Source of the DNA: Geosiphon pyriformis uo1
Lineage: Eukaryota; Fungi; Glomeromycota
NCBI GenBank assembly: GCA_016748015.1
Contig: JAAOMT010000200.1
Span: forward strand, 308,984-372,983
Reading direction: 5' to 3'
DNA: 64,000 nucleotides
Shown here: piece by piece, positions 26,151 to 40,630 of the stretch
Position numbering within the stretch: the first letter of the stretch is position 1
How the letters are laid out: every line of letters starts with the position of its first letter
Notes under the pieces: generated by a model
Told to the model about the DNA's origin: nothing
Databases searched by the model: none
The model's input: only the letters and a program-made list of their open reading frames with translations
Made by a program: the position numbers and the translations under genes

Positions 26151-29100
26151 TTTCAATATTTTAATTTGGTCAATTTTTTTAGTGTAAATTAATAGTATTC
26201 TAATAATTATTACTAATTTATTAAAATAAATTTACAGTAAAACATGATTTCTGAAAAATTTAAAATTTTCTGTAATATTAATATATTTTTTAATTCTGTT
26301 TTAAAATATTTAATAATAGTATTTTTTAAAATATATATAAGTTTTTTGTAATATTTGCAATAAAAATTTTGATTTATTAGATTTTATTAACTAAAATAAA
26401 AAAGTTAATAAATTCTATAAAAAATTGTTAACAAGTTTTTAAATAAAGCTTAAATATTAAATTTTTCTTTTTTATTGTTTTTTAATTCTTATTTCTGATT
26501 TTTTATATAATATAAGCATAATAAATTGCTTAATTTTAATTAATTTACTTTTTTTCTATTATTTTAACAAAATTTGCTTTAATTTTATTTTTTGTTAATT
26601 CAAAACCAAAAGTTTTTCTCATTGTTTATATTAATTTTTTGCAATATTTATTAACACAAACTTTGTAATTTTTATTAATAATAGAAAAATTGCTTGTGTA
26701 ATTTTTTTCTTAGTTTTAATAATTTATGATTTTTTTAAATTGTTCTATAACAAAAACATTAAATTTTTTGAATATTTTAAGTTAATTACTTCTTTTTAAA
26801 TACTTATTTTTTTTATAAAACTTACTTATAATACTATTTAAATTATTATTTTTAACAAAATTTTAACCACTATTTTTAGATTAATTTTAATAATGTTTCT
26901 AAATAATAATATTATAAATTGGTTTTTTAAATAGCATAAATTAAATTTAGTATTAATTGAATAAGTTTTTTCAAATATTATTTTTAAGTATTTATTATTA
27001 AAGTATTAAATATCAATTTTTTATTTTAGATTAATATAAACTAAAAAATTTTTAACTTAAAATTATTAAATAAATCTTGTTAATTTATTAATTAATTTTA
27101 ATATAACTAATTCTTAAATTTTATTTTCTTTTTAAGTTTTTTTTATATTAATACTCTTTATAATATTAATTTTAATATAGAATAAAACAGTTTTTGTAGT
27201 AAATATTAATTTGAGAAAAGTATTATTCTTGTTTTTGACAAGTAAAATATAATTATTAGTAGTTTTTTTAAAATTTATTTATTAAATTAAACATATTGTA
27301 GTTTTTTTTATTAAAATTTAATGAGTAAGATCTAAACAATGCCTAGTACAATACATTATATAAAAGTAATCTAAACTAAGTGTGAATTATGTATTTTCTA
27401 TACATAACCAGTCATTTAAACTAATCAAAACAACATTAAGCACCTATATAAACTAAAACCAAATTATTTATATCCAAAAAAAACAAACAAAGTTTATACA
27501 GACCAAAACTAACTCTAAATGCTTTAGCAACACCCAATAATTTAACCACATTAGCCAAAAACACCAAAAAAACCCAGTTATTGAGACAAGAACAGATCTA
27601 TCATGTAAAATCAGCCCATTTTTTTCCATAAAAGCTCAGTATTTACTACAGACCAACCAAATTTTATCTTAAAATACAAAGCAAAACTTGCACACAAAGT
27701 CCACAATTTTTTGATATGCAATTTTAAAATTCTTGAAAACAGAAAAAGATTCCTAATACCAATTATTGAAAACAAAAATTTTATACAAAGCCATATATAC
27801 TGTAATGTCAAAAACACAGGAAGGCAATAATTGCATTACACATAAAAAAGAACAAAAAAGACCAAAAAGCATTCCCCAATAAGCTGTATGGATGTCTAAT
27901 AACTAAGTATAAGCAGCAAAGTCAAATAAGCAAGAAAAAGCATGGTCTGAGATCTTAATATCTTCACAGAATAAACACACTATACTGAAATAACACTTGT
28001 TATATAAACACTTGCAAATAGCAACAGAGAGCTGATAATGCAATGCTTTCATAAAATATGTATAAACATCAGTAGTACATTTACTAATAAAACTAGCAGT
28101 CAAGTAGAAATCAAAATGCCATACTAAGGAAGATCTAAATCAATTAACATTCACATGCAAACTGTTTGTCACAATCCAAGAACCAAAACCAACTTTCCAG
28201 TACATATGATAAATAGAGTGAAAAACATCATGAACAAAATATCTAAAATTACCAGAAACAATACTATTACCAGTTCTGATATAATACTTTTTAATCCAAT
28301 AAGAGAGGTACTAATTAAAAAGGGAGACAGTCTTTACAAGCATATTAGCACATTCATTGTCAGGAACACCTGAATAATCTTTTACTTTATGCCAACTAAC
28401 ATCCAAATTTTTTTCATGAATAATATCCATAATGTAATGATATTTGATCCAACACCTGTTTCAAAAGTTCAGACATATCAAATCCAATTCTGATTTGTAA
28501 GCATCCAAAGCAGCTTGACTGTTTGAAAAAAGCTGAATTGAATTAGAATAAAGAATACACTCAAGTACCAGTAAAATGGCTTGCAATTCTGTCATAGTAA
28601 AAGACACTAAATCAGAAACCCCAACACCTAAACCAAAATTAATATCTTTAAAAAAAACAACTACACCAGCTTTCATGTCAACAGTTTTTAGACCATACAG
28701 AGATCCATCCATATAGACAGAAAGATAACTGGCACCAACATTCAACAAACAATTATAAACAATCCCAAAATTATAAGAACCAAAAATATATGATGAGCCA
28801 GTATTTTCTAAAAAAAAAGAACAAACAAAAGAAGAGACCATATCATTAAGAAAACAAACAGAAAGCTCAAATCAATTAAGAATTGAGCCATGTGGGTCTA
28901 ATTTTTTCCACCTCTTGAATGTCTTCTAATCAAAAACTGTACCAGTATAGTTGCAAAGTTGGTTCACAAAAGCAATCTCATATTGCCAAAGCAAAAAAGT
29001 ACACTTAAAGTACATTGATCCACCAAGAACAAATAACATAGAAACATCATCCCAAAAACAAAAAACATTGGTTGTAAAACCACCCAAAGACAGATTGTAC

Positions 29101-30207
29101 TCTAGAAAGATATAAACTATACCAGCCAAGAAATTATTTGACAGATTGATATTAATACAAACCAGAAAAAGCAGAGAGTAACATAGATACCAGTTGAGTA
29201 TCTGTAGGTCATGTGACTTATAAGCAAAGAAATGACCCAAAATCTCACTAAAATTTGCAAAATAAACAATAGAAACCAACTTGCTCTCAGCTTGAATTTG
29301 TTTAAAAGTTTTTAAACCATATAAGGAAAAGTAATATATTGTATTATTAAGAAAATCAAGTGACAAACCAAATTTAGATTTTAAGTCTTTGTAAATCAGA
29401 GTATCTTATTTATTATATACACCAATAGGAATGAAACTGAATTGAGTTTTGTAACTAATAATAAGATGAAAAACTGCTAACATCAGATATGAAAACTGCT
29501 TATTAGAGATTGTCTTTCTCAAAACAAAATTGGCAAAAAACCAAACATCCAAATGTGTTTTAGCCAAGCTAGACTTTAACAAACTCTTAGAAAATAAAAA
29601 AATGCCCAGATAGTGATGAGATTTTCTTTTTTTGGCAATAGAAATAGACATACTACTGATAGACAAAGATGAGTTCACAACTCTACAGTTAATAGAGATA
29701 ACTACTGTCTTATCATTATTTATAGAAATGTTATTGATCTTAAAAAATTCACTAGCAATACTGAGAATGTGCTGTATGGTAGCTTAACTACTATCAATTC
29801 AGATTGTATCATCAATGAATACACCAGCAGCAAAAAAAGAGGTCAGCCCAGCCTAAAATTCTGCTTGGCCAGTTTTGACAATATAATAAAAATTCAATCT
29901 ATAACTATACACACTTTTTTGTTTCTTAACTTACACAAAAATAGATCATAAAATATGCACCAAAGAAGAGACAAGAAAACTTCCTCTTGATTCAACCCAT
30001 TATGAACTCAATAATTACTAGTTAAATCAAAATTAGTCATAACTTTGTTAATCTAATTATTGTAAATACAACCAAAAAGTCTAATGAATTTGTTATACAT
30101 CTTAATTTTGATCAAACTTTTCTTGAAATGTTCTTATTCAACAAAATTATAAGCCTTATGTATGTTCTGCAAAATCAGTCACAATTCTCAGTTCTTTTTT
30201 AAGGCAT

Positions 30208-31208
30208 TGTTACCCAAGTAGAAAAACCAATCTAAAGTTATGAAGAAATGTGACCAAAAGATGACATAACACAGAATAGTGTACAATAACATTGGATAAC
30301 ACATTATAACTTAGAATAACACAGGATAACACGTTATAACATAGAATAACACAGAATAACATGTAATAACACCAGATAATATGTTATAACATAGGATAAC
30401 TAGTAATAATATAAAAAAACGAAACAATTACAGAAATAGCAAAGCAATAGTTAGCAATAACAGAACAATCAGAAGCAATCCTATAGAACAAAAAGAATGT
30501 ATAAAATGAGTAGCTGTAAAAGTTAGAAAGACATCCAGAGAGAAAATTAGACTTTCAGAAATCAATTAAACTTTCAGAGTCAATTAGACTTGCAGGTCAT
30601 AATTATTAAATACTCCTTCTTTCAAAGATAGTTGCTATCAACCAAAATGGAATTATATCAATAAAATATCTCTTTAATTTTTTAAATCCATGTTATTATC
30701 CACTACTTAACCTACTGGCACAATAGCTCTTGATCACAGCTATTGACAAGACACTTATTTCTTATTTTTATTTTCTTTATTTTCTTTTTTTTTCTTTTAT
30801 TTTCTTTTATTTTATTTATTTTTTCTCTTGTGGAGTGGCAACATAGAAAAATTGACTGTCTGGAAATAGACTTCGTGATAGCCTGGTAAAAGAAGGAGGC
30901 TCTTCCTACGTTTTGGATATTATCTTGATAGCTTACCAGAAGGGCAAAAAGACAATGCCAGACTCTAATGACTGTGCTTGTTAGCTCAGAGAAGAAAGCT
31001 CACATTTACAGAAAATGTTGCAATCAATGAAAAACAAACTCTGTGCCTTATAACCAAAGAACTCAACGGGTAAATTCACATCCAGAAATAGACCTTCAGA
31101 GATTGATAACCAAGACTAAGCCAACAGAATTACGTGAAAGATGCATTCCCAATAATTGAGAGCACCAAACATTATCAGTTTTATTACCCACCAAGTTTAC
31201 TCATAACA
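30208..31208 (+). mobile_element. Solo LTR (family A), 1001 bp, inside the RT of LINE D
   Basis: TGTTA...TAACA ends; 4-bp TSD GCAT/GTAT; removal restores IEDALKK on the minus strand; homologous to LTR 60632-61725. Confidence 0.93.
30261..30410 (+). repeat. 15 x 10-bp tandem array (NNNNNATAAC) in LTR U3
   Basis: ATAAC/ATAAT recurs in exact 10-bp phase; TATAAAA lies about 90 bp downstream (~30500). Confidence 0.92.
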
Positions 31209-34200
31209 GTATCTTCTATTACTAAACCAATAGCAAAAATAGGAGATTGTGTTGTTATATCTTTTAGAACAGAAAAATTATTCCCATAAAGAACATCAAA
31301 AAAGCTGCAAGCCAAAGAGATTCTGTCTGAAAGAATTTTGGAGAGAACCTTGTAAGCTAGCTCAATCAAAGCAATAGATTAGGTATTTGTAAAAATGTCT
31401 TCTCACTCATATGGTTTAAGAATTATTAAGATCTAAGCCTTTTTTCAAGAACCAGACACTAACTCACAAGTCAAACAAGAGTTTAAAAATACCAAAAACA
31501 TATCCAATACAAACTTGTTATAATGTTTTCACAATTCATTTGAGATGCCAGAGAAACTGACAGTCTTCTCATTAGGCAAAGCAGAAATTACATTAAACAT
31601 TTCATCAAAATTAACCATATACATCACATTTGAAAAAGCATTATCAAAAATGTAATTCAATACTGATAAGACCAATTATTAGAGAGATCAAAGACTACAA
31701 CACACTTCTATGTCCAGTCTTCTATAATTACATTTATTTTTGTCTTGACCTGATTAGACTCCAGAATTAGTTTATCATTAATGATTAAATAATCCAATAC
31801 CACTTTGCAAAAAAGACACTTTAATACATTCTTAATTGTGTAACCCTTGTTCAATTTAAAATTCTCTATCCTTTTATTAATTACTAACCTAATCCAAGAC
31901 TCTTTAGCATGTTTTAATTCTATTATCTTAGAAAAGCAATAAAACTTCTTAACTCTAGCCAGAGTAGACTTAATAACATCAAAATAAGACTTCAAAAGAA
32001 AAAGAGACTTTACTATAGAGGTATTAACAGTATTGAGACTACTTCATGTATTCAATAATAATGCAAACTTATTATAAGACACTTGACAAGAGACCCTAAT
32101 AATCTTAGACACCAAAAGTTCTAGCTTGTGAAATCTGAATGATTTTTTAGTATAAATACTATTATATTTCTTGAACTATTTCTTTCTAAAAACCTTTTTA
32201 GCCAACAACCACACTGTCTTGTAAACAGCATTCTATATTACATCCAAATCTGAGAGTCTTTTAAACACACAGAATTTATTAGAAAACATAGCTATATTTG
32301 CTGCCATAATATTCTTGAACTTGGCTTATTTGGCATTATTAGCACCTTTAAAATTGATTTTTTCCAATGATTCTTGTTTGTTTGTTTGTAAAAGGAATGC
32401 AATTGTGTGTTCAATAATTCACCCAAACTTACTGGCACAGAAACAGCCCAATAATCAATGTCAAAATGTTTATCAATAGACAAGACATTACAATATACTA
32501 TTATATTGACCAAGTTCAAAGAAATAAACACATAATCAATTATTTTTTTGGCATCCCTTAAATTCTTTTATGTGTGATTTTTCTCAACTGAACTCTTTAA
32601 CAAAGAATTAACCAAATCTAAACCACAGCATTTCTTGAAACTAGCACATTTGTATAAATTATCTTTATTAAAATCACCACTTAAAATAATAAAAGAGAAT
32701 TTATTAACAGTTTTAGCTATCGAAAAATTGATTTTATCAGCTTGAAAAAAACAAACAGTTATAAAAGCTCTAGCATAAAGTCTCAAAATTGAAACAGAAA
32801 GTTTATTTTTAAAAAAAAGCTTGACAGAAAAAAGCCAACTGGGTATCTCTGAAATTTTACATATATGTTTAGCCAAAAAAGTATCCATAACAATTGTGAC
32901 ATCAGAACTCTGGTAACTAAAGTCCAAACCAGAAATAAAAACTCAAACACCATTAAATTTGTTAATGAACTTTCTTTTTTAGCTTTGCTTTTGTGAAAAT
33001 TAAAATTAAATTGTTCATATTTTTGTGTTATCAAATAACATCTGCTTGTTTAGCAAAATTGTTTATGCTCTTTACATTACATACAGCCATTTTTTAAACA
33101 AAAATCAATTATTAAGAAAAACGGGCAACAGATATCAAACCAGCATTGTTTACTTTGGTCATTAGGCTCATAAAAGTAATTGAAAAATTGTTCAAGTTAC
33201 TTCCAATTTCGAAATTACAGATTGATCAAAAACCACTACTTTCATAACAATCTTACCACTAGTGGCCACACTTAAATTCTCACTCATTACTATATTTGCC
33301 CCTTGATTCTGTAATAAAAAGATCATTAATAATTGACATTTAGAACTAAGCTGAGAAACTATTGGCCTAGATGTGTCTAATCTCTTAGCCAATTTATTAA
33401 TATGCTCTGCAAGGCTAGTAAGACTGCACTCAAGAGTGGCAAACTTATTATTTAGTTCCATAGAAACCAACAAAATAGGCTTTACCTTTAAAAAAGAGCC
33501 AGAACTCAACAAATTATTACCAATAAAAAAAGAAAGGAAAAAAAATCTACTAACAACTTTTATCTAAGAGATGCTACCAAAAAAAACAGAATAAGCTATT
33601 GATACTAAGTGTTTAGCATAAATGACTGCTAATCTGCTTTTATCTATGTTTAATAGTATCTTGCACAATAGTTTACCAGAGGAAAAATTTCCATTTACAG
33701 AACAGTTTAATAATATATGCTCTATTTTTTTATACTTAGTGCATTTGAAAAAACCCAGTTGAAACTAGCACAGATTGGCACTCTTCAGAACTGAAGTGGT
33801 TCTTATGATGGTATCAAATAATTTAACAGAGTCAAAACACACTATAGCATATTTGAATCGGACATATATAACCAGATAACAATTAATAATACAAGTTTTA
33901 CCACCAACTAATCCAATAAAGTCTTAAATATTATGTATATTTGTTTGTACTGGTAATATATATAACAATGTTTTATAACTATTCTTTGCATCCCATGATT
34001 TTTTGTCCATATTAGTCTTAGCAATGTGAACTGCATCTTTTTTGATTAAAATAGACCACTTTGCTATGACCAAATCAACATAATCTATATTATTAAATTC
34101 AATCACAGCTTTCTGCTACAGTCCTACCAATTGTATTTTGATTGACCTAATAATCTCAAACTTGGAAAATACAGCATACATAGCCTCAGCTAACATTTCA

Positions 34201-35457
34201 ATTGGAATTTTCTTTATTATCACAGTTCAATTTAAATGCTCAGTAGATTTTATAAGATTAGTGTTTACTATAATTTTCATATTTTCGGTTTTTTTAGAAG
34301 TCTGTGCCAAACTTAATTCAGAAATAAATGTTATTCTGATGATTCCAACAAATTTTGAAAGGGTAAAAATCCCTCCAAAATTATTAATTTCTGAAAATAA
34401 TTTTCTAATCATTATATATTTCTTTTGAGATGTTTTTCCAACAACTTTGTCCAACCCAATATCCAAAGCAAAAGATTTGCAAACAGAAATAATAACCAAA
34501 TTTTTTAAGAGAAAAGGGAGTTCTAGTGAAGTATTTGAGAAAACATCATTATTATTACCACTATTTAAGAAATTAATTTTTCCTAACAGTTTATCTAATG
34601 TTTTTTTAATTTTAACACATAAACTTTTAGGTGTCTGATCAAGATTTTTATAATCAAGAGCACTGCCTTTACTATAATTAAAACTGGTCTTTTTTACCAG
34701 ACATTCCTTTTCCATATCAATACTGTCAGACTTGGTAATATCACCAGTCTTTAAATCTTATAAACGACTACTTTGAATCTTAGCCAAACTTTTTTTACTA
34801 TTAACACTATTTTTTAGAACACCACCTCTTCTTTTTTTTTTGACAAAATAATTTTAAAACCACTATTAGAGCCAAAATTTTTAACAGCTTTTTTTATAAC
34901 AGCAATATTAGGACCAATAATAGTCTCATAATTAAGCAAAAATAATTTGAAATTATCATACTGAATGGTAAAAAACTTTTTTCAAAAAACTTTTTTAACT
35001 CTTTTTGAAAATTTTGAATGAGAAAAAAAAAGAAATATTTTGTAATTTTTATATTGTAGTTAATAACTTTATTGGCTATTTAACTAATATTTTTTAATAT
35101 CATATTTTTTTGGCAGTTTTTTTTACTTTAGTTTATATTGTATTATATAATTTATTCTTGTTATATAAATAATGTTGTAGTTTTTTTAGTGTTTTATTAA
35201 ATGTTGTTTTGAATAATATTTTTTTTTTATTTAAATACAAATAAATATTGAATATTAATAAGTTTTATTATATATATTTTTTTGTTTAATATATTAATTT
35301 ATTTATATTTTCTTAATAATAATTTTTATAAGTAAAACATGGTTTTTTATTTTATTTATTATGTTTTTTTAAACAATTGTATTTTTCTTTAATATAACAA
35401 TTATAATAATAGTAAGTTAAATTTTTTGGATTTTTATCTAATATATTGTATATAATT

Positions 35458-36726
35458 TTTTTTTTTTTTTTATGAGTAAAATCCAAATGTAAACTAGTAT
35501 TATACATCATTCAAATGATCTAAACTAGGAGCGAATCATGCTTTTTCTACATGTAACTAGCCACTCAGACCAATCAGAATAACACTAAGCACCTATATGA
35601 ACAAAGACTTTATTATCAATATCAGAAAAAAACAAACAAGACTTGTGAAACCTGAAACCAATATCAAAAGCCTTAGCAATACCCAACAATCTAACTATAC
35701 CAGGGGAAAACAACATAGGAGAACCAGAAACCAAAGCCAAAATAGAGCCATCATGTGGGATCAACCCATTCTTCTCCAAGAAAGCCCAGTGTTTAGCACA
35801 AACCAGCCAAATATTATCCCAAAAGGCGAGGCAAAATGCACGCACAAAATTCACAATGACTGATGTCACAACCTTGAAATCCCCAAAAACCAAAACTGAT
35901 TCATGATACCAATCACCAAAAACAAAGCTCTTGCACAGAGCAGCACCAACTGTAACATTAGCAACACAAGAAGACAACAACCATGAGACACATAAAGAAG
36001 ACCGAACCAAACCAGAATGCATCTTCCAATCCAATGCATGAGCATTTAGCAACTGAGCACAACCAGCAGCATCAAATGGACAAGAAAAAACATGGTCTGA
36101 GACCTCAACATTATTACAAAACAAACACACCACACTGGGATAACATTTATTATATAAATGCTTCCACACAGCAACAGGAAGCTAATAATAAAGAGCTTTC
36201 ATAAAGTACATCCGAAGGCCAGCAGTTCACACATTAGTGAAGCCCAAAGCCAAGTGGGAGTCTGAGTCCCAAACCAGGGAAGACCTCAACCAGTCAATAT
36301 TATCATACAAACAACCTAGAACAACCTGGGAACCAGAACCAACCTCCCAATACGCACGATAGATTGACCTGAATACATTATGAACAAAATGCCTAGAATT
36401 ACCAGAAATCTTACCAACACCAGTCTTCAAAAACCTCTCATTGATTAAATAGAACAGGTGCCAGGCAAAAAGAGCAGCATTCTTAGTAAGCGCATCAGCA
36501 TGCTCATTGCCTGAAATGCCTGAATAGCCCTTAATCTTAATCCAATTAACATCCAAATTTTTGTGACAAATAATATTGGCAATGTAATGATGCTCAATCC
36601 AACAACAATTCCTGTAATCAGAGCCAACCAATAAAGACTCTAACCTGCAAGCATCTAACACCGCCTGGCTGTTTGAAAACAAGTCAACTGAATGAAAAGA
36701 AAAAATACACTCAAGAACTAAAGCAA
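35458..36726 (-). mobile_element. LINE copy E, 5'-truncated within RNase H
   Basis: RNase H C-half, CLFC..EVSDHVFSC, 3'UTR and poly-T near 35458-35471; TSD GTATATAATT at 35448-35457 and 36727-36736. Confidence 0.93.
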
Positions 36727-36739
36727 GTATATAATTATA

Positions 36740-39700
36740 AACAAAAATTTTTTTTATCAGATAAAATATTCTAATTTTGGCTTGTATTATCAATTATTTT
36801 TTTTGTAGTAACTGTTATTTATTTAGATTTTTATTTATTTATTTAAGTTAATATAATTGGTAATTCAAATTTTTTGTTATTAGTCTATAAAAATTGGTAA
36901 GTTTTAAAAACTATTAAAATTGGGTTTTTTTATATTTAAAAGTGAGTTTTTGATTGATACTAGATTTTTAAAAATAGTTATAAATAATTAATATTCTTAT
37001 ATAGTGGCTATTGTAATTAATAAAAAGTTTTTATATAATTTAATTTAGTATAATATTGGTTTTTATTAATTAATTATTACTTATTAATATTTTTATATAT
37101 ATTATTATATTATTAATTTCGAAAAAACAAGTTAATTTCATTATAAAACAACTTAATATTTTTATTAAACAATATGATTTAAGATATTACAATATAATCA
37201 ATTGTAAAATCTAGTTAATTTATTAGTTAAAACATTATAATATTTTTAATAGATCTATTATTTAAAATAAATTTAATTAGAATATTGTTTATTTTTATTT
37301 TTGTATATATAATAATAATTAAATATTTTTTATTTATATTGTTTTTTAAATATAACTTTATTTTTTTTATTTTAAAAAGATAAATAACTGTAAAGCTATT
37401 ATTTTAATAATAATTACTAATAATATAGTTTAATTTATATTTTGGTTTTTATGTAAATTTTTAATTTGGTCATATTTTTATTATTGTTATTTTCAAAATT
37501 TGAATTTTTTAAAATATTAAAATAAATAGATTAAAAGTTCTGATAATTGTAATTAGCTTGTTAATTAAAATTTTACATAATTAAAATTTTTAAAAATTAT
37601 TATGTTTTAACTTAATATTAATTAACTTTAAAATTTTAAATACCAGTTTAAATTAGAAATTATTGTTTATTGTTAATATATTCTTTAATTTTGATATTGT
37701 TTTAATATTAGTTTAATAAAAGTAAATATTAATTTTTAGATATTTGTAATAATACATAATAATTATTTTTATATGTTTTCTATATTATTTATATTTAATA
37801 TTAACTAATTAAATATTTTGCATTTATAATAATAATAAGTACATATTTTTGTTTTATAGTTTTAATATAATAAGCAATTTTATTGACTGTTATTAAATTT
37901 TTAATTGTGTTTTTAAGGTGTTTAATAAGTATTGTTTTTTTTAAAAGTTTTTTTTTTTAATTATGATACTTTTTTTTAATGTTTCTATTTTATTTTTTTT
38001 ATAATTATATTAATTATTTAATTATAATTAACTTTTTTTTTAGTTAATTTAAGTATTTTAATAAGATAATATTTACAAAGTTAAATATTATGACTAACAA
38101 ATTTTTGTTTTTGTTTTTTTTTTATTAATGTTAATAATTAATAATATTTATTGAATTTTATTAAGTTATTAAGCATAAAAAAAAATAAGTCTTAATAAAA
38201 GTTTTAATAAATATATTTTTTATAATATAAATTTTTGTTATTATAATATTATTATATTTGATAATTACTATTTTTTAAATTTTATTTTATTATATAAGTA
38301 TTTTTTTAGTTAGATAAGAATGTAATTATAAATTGCATTCAATAAAATTCTCTTAAAAATCTAGTTATTAATAAAAATTGTGTATTAATATAATTTATTA
38401 CATGTTTTTTCTCTTTTTAAAATATTGTTTTATAGTTTTTATTAAACAAAGTTTTTTTACAAGTAAAATAAAGTATTTTGTTTTATTTTTTTGTTATTTT
38501 AAATAACTAAACGGTTTTAATACATATAAGTAACAGTAAAATTTGGTTTTTATTGAGTATTTTTTTATTATTATTATAATAAATTCTTATAAATAAGAGT
38601 TTTTTTTTTATAATTAATACAAATAAGTTTTGGTTATTAATAATATAAATTTTTTAAAATATTATATAAATATTAAACTATTATTGTAATATTGTTTTTT
38701 TTTATTTGATAATATATAAATAAAAATATTAACTTAAAAATTTTTTTTTTAGCTTTAAAATTTAATATTAATAATAAGTTAGTTTTAATATTATTAATTT
38801 ATAAAACTTGGTAAATTTTTATTGTTAACTTTTTATTAAGTTAATAAGTATTTGTTTTAAAATATTTATATATTAATACTTTTACATAGTATTTTTAGTA
38901 ACTTAATTAAAGCTTTTAAATATTTTAATTAAATATAATATTTGTTTTAGATAGTTAATTATTATCAATAAATTCTTAATACTGAATAGCTTTTATAATA
39001 AAAATTCTAATTAGTATAATATTATTAACTTTAAATAAAAAGTTATTAATTTTGTTAATTAAAATTTTGATAATTTTATTAGCAATAATAATATAAGTAT
39101 TAACAATATAATTAATACAACAATATAATTAATTTATAAACTATTATATAATAATATTATTTATTATATTATTATTAAAAATAAGTTTAATTAATTAACT
39201 ATTAACTTTAGTATTAATAAATATAATAATAATGAATTTGTTAATATTTAAAACAGTTTTATTAAAAAAAAAATTATTTTTATTTTTCAATTTAAAAAAA
39301 AAACAACAATAATTTTTAATAATAATTATAAGTAAAATATTGTTGTTATTAAATAGTTAATTTTTAATTATAATAAAAAAACTTAAATAATTCTAGAAAT
39401 TTAAAAACTGTAATTGTTTATTTTCTAAATTTTTAACATATTTTTTATTTGTAAATTAGAAATATTAAAATTAATTGATGAGTAATTACTGTTAATTGTT
39501 AATTTTATTAAACAATTTTAGATTTTAAGTTTTAAAATTAAGCCAAAAATAGTTGTTGTAGTTAAAATTGTGTTTATAATACTAGTTTTTAAGATTGTAA
39601 ATAAGTAATTTGTAATTTTAATTAAAAATATGACAAGTAAACTGGTTAAAATTGTTGTTAAAATATTGTATATAATATTATAATAGTTAATATTATTTTT

Positions 39701-39750
39701 GTAAAGTTCTAAATCCATAATTTAAAATTTGTAATTTGTAATTTAAGTTT
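36740..39750 (-). pseudogene. Ghost Gypsy gag/protease/pol region (protease clearest at ~38870-39245)
   Basis: Minus strand reads KFIIIIFINTKVNS*LIKLIFNNN..IIIANKIIKILINKINNFLFKVNN..KAIQY*EFIDNN*LSKTNIIFN*. This is colinear with the protease at 49500-49860 (KTITTMYTKATVERKPI*LILNSG..IVTADNIKKTPVEEIDNFLFTIDE..QYQALVRNDWLLKTNTNLDW). Confidence 0.7.
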
Positions 39751-39816
39751 TAATTTTCTAATTATTAGTTGTTTAGTTAAAAGTAATAATTAATTTTGAT
39801 ATAATTTTATTTATGG

Positions 39817-40630
39817 TATTATTTATATAAAAAAACAAAAAATAATAATAGCTTAAAATAATTAATAATAAATAAAAAATTATTAGAACATATAATATTA
39901 AAAATTTTAAAAATTTTAAAAATATTAGCAAAAATATTAGAGATTTTAGAAATGTTAAAAATTTTAATAATAACTTAAAAAAATTAAAAAAATTAAAAAA
40001 ATTTTATATTATAAAGATTTATATATATATAATAAAAGTATTAAAAATTAAAAGAACAAATATATTAAAAATCAAACAAATTTATTTTAATCTTTATTAT
40101 TATTTTAACCAAATTATAACTAATTTAATAAACATATTAATTAAATTATATTTAATATTATCTATTTATAAATCCTAATTTATCTTGTTAAAATTTAAAT
40201 ATTTTTTATATTAATACTATCAACATTAAACATATTAACTTAATAATACTAAAACAATAGCTTTTAATCATAACTATTAATAAAATATTAATTTCTATTT
40301 TTATTGTTTTTATTGTTTTATTAATTGATTAAAAAAATTTTAAGATTATAATATTAAAAATTACTTGGTAAAAATTCAAAAAAAAGTATAGATATAGTCA
40401 TAAAAACTAAAATTGCTTACTAAAAAAATACAAATACCAAAATAAACTAATTATTAAGTTAAAAAAAACATATACTAAATATTATTTATAATTATATTAA
40501 ATCTCTATTTATTATATAAAGAGCTTTATTATTAAAACTTTTAAAATTTTCAGATTATAACAACTATTTACTAAAGCATTAAGTTATAAAACAACCAATT
40601 TATCTAAAAAATCTACTTATAAAAATAACA
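39817..40630 (+). mobile_element. Ghost solo LTR of the family A lineage
   Basis: TATTA...TAACA ends; flanks ATGG/ATAA (decayed TSD); remnant periodic array at 39890-40000; motifs CAATAGCTTTTAATCATAACTATT, TTACTTGGTAAAA and TATTAAATCTCTATTTATTATATAAAG occur in the same order as in LTR 1-624. Confidence 0.7.

Larger units (their letters stand above)
27304..35050 (-). mobile_element. LINE copy D, full length, heavily decayed, interrupted by a solo LTR; different 5'UTR and ORF1 N-terminus
   Basis: ORF1 at ~34930-33110 and ORF2 at ~33110-27436 are homologous to copy B; T-tail near 27304; TSD ATATTGTAGTT at 27293-27303 and 35051-35061. Confidence 0.92.

Noticed and set aside
30261-30410. Repeat-plus-variable-spacer pattern resembling a CRISPR array (also 61481-61670)
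   Set aside because: Units are only 10 bp, the variable parts recur, there are no cas genes, and the array lies inside an LTR.
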